Assembly (NCBI RefSeq): GCF_006345805.1
Contig: NW_021825038.1
Span: 1-16,971 of the forward strand
DNA from: Octopus sinensis
Taxonomy: Eukaryota
Length of the DNA: 16,971 nt
Direction of reading: 5' to 3'
The position numbers and the translations under genes were made by a program. The notes beneath the pieces were generated by a model. It did not search any database. It worked only from the letters and a program-made list of their open reading frames with translations, and was not told where the DNA came from. Below are positions 9,480 through 16,971 of this stretch, piece after piece. Numbering within the stretch: the first letter of the stretch is position 1; every line of letters begins with the position of its first letter.

Positions 9480-10292
9480 ACAATTCTCCCCTCCTTATCT
9501 GTTTCTCCCTCCCTCAGACCCTCTATTCTACTCTCTTATCTCTCTCTCTCTCTCTGCCATCGTTTCTCTTTCTGCATCTCTCCCCCCGCTCCCTCTTAGA
9601 TCAACTTTCTCACATCTCACCCACCTCTCTGTTCTACTTCACTCATTCTCTCTTGTATCTCTATCCCGCCCTCTCTCTCTTTTACTCTCTCTCTCCCTCT
9701 CTGCCTCTCTTCTCTCCACTCCTTCTCAGGTCAAACCCCTTTCTCTTTTTCCTCTCTGTCCCCTTACTTCTTTCTCTACACCACTCTCCCTGTCCCTTTA
9801 CTACACTCCCTTGCACCTCTATTCCGCCCCCTCTTTCCCTCTCTCCTTTTTCTTCCTACATCTCCTCTCCCTGCTCCCTCCAAGGTTCACCCCCTTGTCT
9901 CTCTTTTCCAATCTCTGTCTCCTTTCTCCACACCACCCTCTCTGTCCCTTTACTTCTCTCTCTGGTGCCACTATCCCACCCTCTCTCTCCCTCTCCATTT
10001 TTTCTCTCTGCCTTTCTTCTTCCTGCTCCCCCTAAGGTCCATCCCCTTGTCTCTCTTTTCCTCCCTGTCCCTTTACTTTCTCTCTACCACACCTCTATCC
10101 CGCTCACTCTCCCCCTGCTGACCTGCCATTATTTCTCTCTTCTCTTAGGTGAATCCCCTTGTCTCTCTCTACCCCCCCCCCGGCTGATCTGCCACCAGCT
10201 TTTTTCTTCTCTTCTCTCCTGTCCCCCTCAGGTCAACCATCTTATCTTTCCTTCTCTCTCTGTTCCTCTATTTCACTCTCACTGTATCTCAG
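9480..10292 (+). repeat. Polypyrimidine tract with degenerate tandem units each ending in AG|GT (possible 5' UTR of LINE B)
   Basis: AG|GT at 9729, 9884, 10036, 10148, 10231 and AG|GC at 10292. Recurrent cctgctccc-c(c/t)aaggt and ccccttgtctctct motifs. Confidence 0.8.
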
Positions 10293-11197
10293 GCGAAAAT
10301 GTCAAGGAACTGGTCTGCGAGGGAGTTGCAATTGTTCGTCCGTGCCTGGAAGATTGCCGAGGGCGACTTGCCAAAAATATCATTGCAGTGGCGCTTAAGA
10401 GCAATGATTTCTCGAGGACCACCGCTCAGATAGAGCAAAAGAAACACGAATTCCTCCGTTTATACACTCTAATCAGACAACACAGGACACTCTGGACATC
10501 ATCCTAGGAGGTGACTGCACCAGTTAGGACCAATTGGATGGAGAAAACATCCAGGACCCAACAAAAGACACAACCGAGAAACCTGCAACGAAGGGAAACA
10601 AGGGCACATGTCCACACAACTGAAGACCAAAGAGGTGCGATAGCCCCCCCCAAAAAAGGAAAGCACCCTAAAATCGACGGAAAACAAAAGGTAAAAGACA
10701 AGAAAACTAAAACAAACACTGTTCAGAAAAAGCAGAAGAACCCCAGCAAGAACTATAAGGGCAAAAGCAGAAACATCTGCAAATTCTACCTGAAGGGAGA
10801 CTGTTGGCATGGCGTCGAAGGTGCAAACTGTCGTTTTGCACATCAGAAGCCCTGCCAAAACCGCATGGACACAAGACAAAAATCCCTCCCTCGGGGAGAA
10901 CAAAAAGATAAAGAAAAATATAAAAGAAGGAAAAATGGCGCACTGACCACTCCTGAAAGACGATATGCGGATGTAGTGCGTGGTAGCCCAACAAATGGCC
11001 AGCTTCACCCAGATGTGAGAAGGGCAGCAGCTGAACAGCAATCTTTTTTGTGCATGGCACAAAAAATTATTCAACAGCTGAGCTGGCTACAAACACAAAG
11101 CTGGAACTACCACCACATAAGGCCACCACCAACAGATGCAGGATGGCCACCACGGACACCAACACCAACACACACACCACAAAAATATTTCTACTGA
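10292..11197 (+). pseudogene. LINE B ORF1 (basic protein with CCCH zinc finger), one in-frame stop
   Basis: One frame: GENVKELVCEG..WTSS* (TAG 10505-10507) EVTAPV..CKFYLKGDCWHGVEGANCRFAH (C-x7-C-x8-C-x3-H)..GWPPRTPTPTHTPQKYFY*. Lys-rich. Confidence 0.75.
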
Positions 11198-14144
11198 ATG
11201 TAGGAGGGCTGCTGCGCGGAAACTGTAAAAGGAAAATCTCATTCCTGAGAGACCTTGTGACATGCAATCAAGCTATATGCATGGCACTCATAGAAACGCA
11301 TCTTGGACCCGATATAGGGGATGCAGAAATACACATACCGCAATATGGTGTCATACACTCAGATAGAAAAGGGAGGAGCCCTGGTGGAGTTTCAATGTAC
11401 ATCCGAGATGACCTCATGCCCCAGGTCCTGATGTCATATTCAAACTCAGTGTGTGACACTCAAATTGTACACATAAGACAACTAAATATCATCATATGTA
11501 CTACATATCGCCCACCGGATGCCCCAAAACACTCGGGCATGTTTGAAGACTGCCTAACAAAAATAGGAGAAGTTCTCACTAACCTGGAACAACACAGTAG
11601 TGTATTCTTCATGGGTGACTTTAAGTTCCCAGTGTGGAATGGCCGGGGGGTCAGATGCTCCCAGGGATGACACACCATCAGCAGGCACAGGCAGAGACCC
11701 TGCTCCATCTCACAAATGCCTCTTTCATGGAGCAAATAGTTCTGCAACCAACAAGGGCAGATAATATACTGGATCTCTGCTTCACAAACAATATGGATAT
11801 TATCCATAATGTTAAAGTGATGCCAACAATGATCTCGGATCACAACATAATAGAGCTGTCTATGTATGAACCAAACGCCCCCACAGACACACAGCCTATA
11901 CGAAGCATCCACAATCTCTCCAACTTAAACTTTCATAAAGCAAATTGGAAGTTGATTGAGAAAAAGATCCTCAAACAGGATTGTCCTAAATGTCTCTCTA
12001 CACCGGACATTAACATGAAACACAAACACTTCATGTCCATAATACAAGCCATATGTGACAAATATGTCCCAGTGTGCAGGGCCAGCACACACAAAAACAA
12101 AAACAGGATCCCTAGAGAAAGGAAGATTCTTATGAAATGACGGACAAGGATTGCGAACCGCCTGAGCAAGCACACCAAAAGTGGTGAGAAGTCTCAGCTC
12201 GAGAGAATGCTAATAGAAATTGAGAAAAGTCTGCATCAGTCTCATGAAAAGGAGAGAGCAGATAAAGAAGCTTGGGTAATAGAAAATATAAAGTCAAACC
12301 CTAAATCTTTCTTTAAGTTTGCCAAAGAGACAGCCACAGTGCACCATAGAATAGGACCTCTCTTCCAAAAAGATGGCTCTTTCACAGGAAATTCCACGAG
12401 GATAAGTGAAATACTGAACGAACAGTTCCAAAGTGTGTTCACTACACCTCCAGGACACAGGCAAGTAAACAACCCAGAAGAATTCTTTGCCACTTTACCT
12501 GCAACCAAAAAGGCAAAAATTGAGTACATCAACATTGAAGATGATGATATTACACTTGCCATAGATGAGATTGACACAAACTCAGCTGCTGGACCTGATG
12601 GATTTCCAGCAATCCTTCTCAAATCGTGCAAACGAGCCCTTGCAAAACTGCTACAGCTTCTTTTTCAGAGCTTTCTTGCAAGTGGTAAGCTCCCAGTCCA
12701 ATTGAAAGAGGGGGTAATATGCCCTATCCATAAGGGAGGGAGCAGATGCTAAAAATTATAGGCCTATCTCTCTGACATCACACATCAGCAAAGTCATGAA
12801 ACGAATAGTTCGCAAGAAACTAATCATGTTCCTTGAAGAAAATGACTTGCTGACTGACACCCAGCATGGATTTCGACCAGGTAGAAGCTGCCTAACACAG
12901 CTCCTGCAACATTATGACTGGGTGTTAAAACAGCTACTAAATGGCTCAAATGTGGATGTGATATATCTCGACTTTGCAAAAGCCTTTGATAAAGTCGACC
13001 AAGGTATGATTTGTCACAAACTGCGTGGTCTCGGCATAGGCGGAAAACTTGGGGAGTGGCTGCACAGCTTCCTAAAAGATAGAAGGCAGGCAGTCGTTAC
13101 CAATGGAGCCACCTCCAAGGAAACACAAATAACAAGCGGTGTTCCACAGGGCACTGTCTTGGGCCACTGCTGTTCATAGTGGCCCTTTCAGACATGCCTT
13201 CAGTTGCTAAGATGGTCACCCTTGCTAGCTATGCAGATGACACAAAAGTCTCCCACACAATACAAAACCCTGGAAATAATGCGCATCTGCAACAGGAGTT
13301 GGATACAATGTACAGGTGGGCTGAGGACAACAACATGCAGTTTAATGCAGGTAAGTTCCAGGCCCTGCGCTACCAGCACACAAAGGTAAACGACATGCAG
13401 ACTGGATACACTGGCCCGGGAAGAATTGCAATCCCTGAGTCAAAATCAGTGTGTGACCTGGGCATTCACATGAGCAATGAGGCATCTTTCCAAGTGCATA
13501 TTACTAATCTGGTGATAAAATGCTGACAGCTAGCTGGATGGATTCTCCAAACTTTCAGAACAAGAGAGAAGGAGACACTGATGGTCCTCTGGAAAACTTT
13601 CGTCCTCAGCTGCTTGGACTACTGCTCCCAACTATGGTCACCACACAATATAAAACTAACAGCAGAACTCGAAGCAATTCAAAGAAGCTACACAAAGAAG
13701 ATCATCTCAATGCAACATGTCAGCTACTGGGAAAGACTGAAAGTATTAAACCTCTTCTCCTTAGAGCTAAGGGAGAGATATGCAGTGATATGCATCTGGA
13801 AAATCCTGGAGGGTCTTGTCCCAAACTTTGGCATTCAAAGTTACCCCAACTACAGAATGGGGTGCCACTGCATGGTGTCAAAGATTCCAACATCACCATC
13901 AAAATACAGGGCCAAATACTGCAACAGCTTGGGTTTCAGAGGACCACAGCTCTTTAACATTCTCCCTAAATACCTGAGAGACTTACATGGTGTGGATGTG
14001 GGTTTCTTTAAAACTAAACTGGAACTCTTCTTGTCGGGAGTCCCAGATGAACCAACCTCACGACAGGAGATGCAGATGCGGGCAGCAGTATCGAACTCCC
14101 TTGTTGATCAAGTGCCACGTATCAGAGGTGGATTCACATATTAG
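11143..14144 (+). pseudogene. LINE B ORF2: AP endonuclease plus reverse transcriptase, disrupted
   Basis: ATG at 11143. APE motifs LNVGG, ETHL, DRKGRSPGGV, TYRPP, MGDF, LDLCF, SDH (11835-43). RT motifs GPDGFP, QHGFRPGRSC, YLDFAKAFD, GVPQGTVLG, YADD (13230-41). Frameshifts near 11640, 12745 and 13165; TGA stops at 12138 and 13524. Confidence 0.95.
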
Positions 14145-14159
14145 TGTAGCTCATTCAGT

Positions 14160-14222
14160 GGTGGTGGCCCAGCATGGCCGCGGCCTTCAGGCTAAAACAT
14201 TTTTTAGGATTTAAGCATTTAG
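14160..14222 (+). other. LINE B 3' terminal motif with stem-loop
   Basis: GGTGGTG-N6-CATGGCC-N2-GGCC(ttca)GGCT-AAAAC-ATTTTTTAGGATTTAAG. Confidence 0.65.
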
Positions 14223-14308
14223 ATATATATATATTTATATATATATACGTTTATATATTTGTAAGATGATGTGCAAGATTTTTTATGTGAAGTCATGTGT
14301 TGAAACAG

Positions 14309-14783
14309 ATATTGTTATATTTCGGAATGGTCATTTTGCCAGTTTAGCCATATGTAATGATAATATGCAATGATAATAATAAGTGGATGTAAACACATGA
14401 ACAAAATAAGAATAAACAAAAACAACAACAAAAACAAATTACATGAACGTATATAAACAGAAGATATAAATATTACAGGCATCCCCCCCACACACACACT
14501 AAATAAACATAGACGCACATAAAGATATAAGCATGCGCAAATGAAGACATACAATAGAAATACAAAATGGCTGATGGTAAGTACGGAGAGACACAAATAA
14601 GAAAGAAGAAAACAAAGGACCACTGATGCGGTCACAGGAGTGTGACGAAAGAACTCTGGCCGAAATAAGATTAAGATTAATATAAAAAATAAATAACACT
14701 GAAGCAAAATAACACCAAATATATAGTGCGTGTGTTTTTATTGGCTAAACTGGCAAAATGACCATTCCAAAATATAACAATAT
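14309..14783 (+). mobile_element. Penelope-like cassette D with inverted partial copy
   Basis: 42-bp inverted repeat 14309-14350 / 14742-14783 with 1 mismatch. Hammerhead-like fold at 14617-14661; ATG-GCT-GAT-G|GTAAGT upstream; right end abuts a long (TA)n. Confidence 0.68.
14617..14661 (+). ncRNA. Hammerhead-like motif with atypical core (CUGAUGCG; GAAA-GAAC-UC)
   Basis: Helix I ggacca/uggcc (one bulge); helix II gucaca(ggag)ugugac, 6 perfect bp; GAAA; GAAC; UC. The core deviates from CUGANGA. Confidence 0.5.
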
Positions 14784-14784
14784 G

Positions 14785-14790
14785 TATATA

Positions 14791-14851
<61 letters not shown>
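14785..14851. repeat. (TA)n microsatellite
   Basis: Direct reading, one interruption. Confidence 0.97.
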
Positions 14852-14855
<4 letters not shown>

Positions 14856-15070
14856 TGAAATGCGTTTTTACTGCTTGGATCTCACTCAAAATTTACACTT
14901 TTCTTTCTACCTCTAACTCCCCTTCAAGTTCTCTTTATCTCCATTCATAAAGATAATTATCATCGCCACCACCACCAACACACAATCTGGACAATCTTTC
15001 TCTTAAAACAAATCATGTTTACATTGCAATGACGTCTGTGCCACCTCCGCCATCTCTATTTATTCTGCAA

Positions 15071-15184
15071 ATGACCAGAACTCGGGAAACTTGGTTGAGT
15101 GTTCTATGGTCTATGACCAGAACTCAGGAAACTTGGTTGAGTGTTCTATGGTCTATGACCAGAACTTGGGAAACTTGGTTGAGT
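15071..15184 (+). repeat. 42-bp minisatellite, 2.7 copies
   Basis: atgaccagaactc(g/a)ggaaacttggttgagtgttctatggtct at 15071, 15113 and 15155. Confidence 0.95.
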
Positions 15185-15299
15185 CCTCATCTTATAAAAT
15201 GTGGCCCCAGTAGACTCAAATGAAATTGGGTTATATTAACCAAAATGTGGAAAGGGGTCTAAATGGGGCTGGAAGGGGATTAAAATTTAAAGGAGCAGG

Positions 15300-15580
15300 T
15301 GTTTAGCAATTCTCTGTTACATCAAGCTAAAAAATTTGCACCAGCCTTTTAATCATCAATGTGTTGCCGTCCATGATGAAGAAGTTTTGAATGCTTGCCA
15401 TGGTGAGTCTACTGTCGTGAGAAAGAATCACTTCAAAACTTGGCTTTTAGGGATTTTCTTTTACATCAAGTCCAAAATTTTACACCAGCCGTTGAACTGT
15501 CAATACATTGCTGTCCGTCGTTAAGAAATGCCAGCCATGGTGACTCTACTATCCTCAGATTCTATCCCTTCAAACTTTGT
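15300..15580 (+). repeat. Diverged 144-bp tandem duplication with coding-like substitution pattern
   Basis: Shared anchors ttacatcaag (15317 / 15461), caccagcc, gccatggtga-tctact, cttcaaa. Plus frame gives YIKLKNLHQPFNHQCVAV..CHGESTV versus YIKSKILHQPLNCQYIAV..SHGDSTI. Confidence 0.7.
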
Positions 15581-15757
15581 TTTCCAATATTTTATTATTT
15601 TTATTCAGCTTGCAAGTTCGTCTGTCCCTTTTAAATGTTAGCGTTTTGCTGTCTGCCTTGAAGCAGACCTTTCCGTTGCCACTGCCTGATATTTATGATT
15701 GATCTTTCTAAATATTTTATTTCTCAACTTACTCAAGATCTTCTGTTGTTTATAAAT

Positions 15758-15866
15758 GGGAGAGAGAGAGAGATAGATAAAGATAGAGAGTAAGAGAAAG
15801 CGAGGGAGAGTCCGAGAGAAAAGAAAAGTAAGAGAGTGGGAAAGAGAGAGAGAAACAAAGAGGGAG
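15758..15866. repeat. GA-rich low-complexity tract
   Basis: Direct reading. Confidence 0.9.
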
Positions 15867-15867
15867 A

Positions 15868-16180
15868 ATCATCATCATCATCATCATCGTTTAACGTCCG
15901 TTTTCTGTGCTAGCACGGGTTGGACAGTGTGACCGGGGTCTGGGAAGCCAGGGGACTGCACCAGGCTCCAGTCTGATCTGGCAGTGTTTCTACAGGTGGA
16001 TGACCTTCCTAACACCAACCACTCTGTGAGTGTAGTGGGTGCTTTTTTGTGCCGCCGGCACAGGTGACAGGGGGGCTTGCAGCAGCAACGATCGGTTGGT
16101 GCTTTTTACGTGCCACTGTCACAGAAGCAAGTCAAGGCGGCGCTGCAATCGGCCACGTTCGGATGGTGTTTTTTACATGC
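15868..16180 (-). mobile_element. 5'-truncated SINE or LINE 3' fragment with RTE-type tail and (GAT)n
   Basis: Minus strand reads ..gttaggaaggtcatccacctgtagaaacactgccagatcagactggagcctggtgcag..ccaacccgtgctagcacagaaaacggacgttaaacgatgatgatg, an RTE-like 3' end (recalled). Internal 60-67-bp repeats ggtgctttttacgtgcc at 16038, 16098 and 16165. Confidence 0.8.
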
Positions 16181-16248
16181 TGAAAGGAAGCAACAGAAAG
16201 TAACAACCACACTCTTTCCCGCGCGTAGAGCGGGTCACCTTCAGCTAG
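16181..16248 (+). mobile_element. Probable Helitron 3' terminus
   Basis: GC-rich hairpin CCCGCGCGTAGAGCGGG (16218-16234, one mismatch), 10-nt spacer, then CTAG (16245-48) followed by T: the canonical Helitron 3' signature. 5' end not identified. Confidence 0.65.
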
Positions 16249-16270
16249 TATATATATATATATTTATATG

Positions 16271-16971
16271 ATAACAAAGGGTGAAATTAATTAATTAAGA
16301 AGTAATCAGTAATTTCACCAAGTAGGATTCGGCATGAAAAGGACCATTTCATGGTAAGTTTAAGTAATACTATATAATTAGGGTTCAGCTACGATTTGCT
16401 TCACAACATACCGAAGTTTAGAAATAGCAGTCAAAAAATCTTAGCTATTCCTTCTACTTTAAAGGGAGTTCCTAGGAAAACCAAAGCACTTGAAAACAAG
16501 CCACGCAGGCAAAAGGAAAAAATGATGAAAATCATTCTATATTAGGTTATCCATGGACGTACGTTTCGGAATTAAGTCAGTATAAAGCATAAATAATAAA
16601 TAATTATACCTTACCTGACTATTTTAATCTCTTCAGCGTGGGATTCCTCAATTATAAATAATTGAATATTAAATTTGAAGGCACTGGAAAATATCTTTTA
16701 ACTTAACGGTATCAGAGAGATCGTATTCCGTGCTAGTGCCGCCAAATTAAAAAAAATGGATGAGAGTAAGTCATCATCCCTCGCCCACCAGCGTGTTGTC
16801 AAAGTGAGATGCTACAGTTTTTTTCTCGGGGAAAAATACCATTATCAATAATAACAACGGGTGAAATTAATTAATAAAGAAGTAATCAGTAAATTCACCA
16901 AGCAGGATTCGGCATGAAAAGGACCATTTCATGGTAAGTTTAAGTAATACTAAGACTGCTATTTCTAAACT
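16271..16971 (-). mobile_element. Penelope-like / retrozyme-like cassette E: 580-nt unit with 102-bp terminal direct repeat, then an inversion running off the window
   Basis: 16271-16372 and 16851-16952 differ at 4 of 102 positions. 16954-16971 is the exact reverse complement of 16415-16432. One hammerhead in the unit; left end abuts (TA)n. Confidence 0.8.
16549..16644 (-). ncRNA. Minimal type I hammerhead ribozyme, helix III loop GUAC
   Basis: Minus strand: aucccacg-CUGAAGA-gauuaaaau-agucag..cugacu-uaauucc-GAAA-C(GUAC)G-UC-cauggau. Predicted cut after GUC (plus-strand position 16556). Confidence 0.85.

Larger units (their letters stand above)
10290..14222 (+). mobile_element. Near-full-length CR1/L2-group LINE (LINE B); 5' end may extend into the CT-rich tract
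   Basis: ORF1 with CCCH finger, overlapping ORF2 with APE and RT, 3' stem-loop tail ending in TTTAAG-like repeats then TA repeats. No TSD found. Confidence 0.93.

Noticed and set aside
9391-10290. Long Leu/Ser/Pro-rich ORFs (9391-10035 and the first ~210 codons of 9653-10507)
   Set aside because: A pyrimidine tract cannot easily form stop codons, so the ORFs are compositional artefacts.
9254-10292. In-frame splicing of the 30-nt exon onto LINE B ORF1
   Set aside because: The only exon phase that would join the ORF1 frame contains TGA; the open phases lead into other frames.
10499-13902. Minus-strand ORFs over LINE B (and 2163-2571 over LINE A)
   Set aside because: Antisense shadows of the plus-strand LINE ORFs.
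14198-14260. Target-site duplication for LINE B
   Set aside because: The 5' boundary is undefined and the 3' flank is TA repeat; no convincing direct repeat was found.
15071-15184. CRISPR-like appearance of the 42-bp hairpin repeats
   Set aside because: No unique spacers, no cas genes, eukaryotic context.

Overview
Eukaryotic, AT-rich, microsatellite-rich DNA made almost entirely of nested transposable elements. The SINE and repeat style suggests a cephalopod such as Octopus (inference from recalled families, not a search). No intact protein-coding gene is present. Main elements: (1) a decayed CR1/L2-group LINE (1-3088) split by a piggyBac deletion derivative (611-1692; TTAA TSD, 12-bp TIR, transposase remnant); (2) a near-full-length second CR1/L2-group LINE (~10290-14222; CCCH-finger ORF1, APE-RT ORF2, both inactivated); (3) a tRNA-headed SINE, an RTE-tailed SINE, a solo LTR and a probable Helitron 3' end. 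The most striking feature is five unrelated non-coding Penelope-like (PLE) cassettes (A 3109-3486, B 3846-4115, C 4131-8820, D 14309-14783, E 16271->16971). Each carries a minimal type I hammerhead ribozyme motif. Each is built head-to-head: one long copy plus an inverted copy of its own 3' region, with 3' ends pointing outward, usually into (TA)n. Four families use four different palindromic helix-III loops (GAUC, UCGA, AGCU, GUAC); the fifth is an atypical core variant. All calls were made by eye; no searches or folding programs were run.
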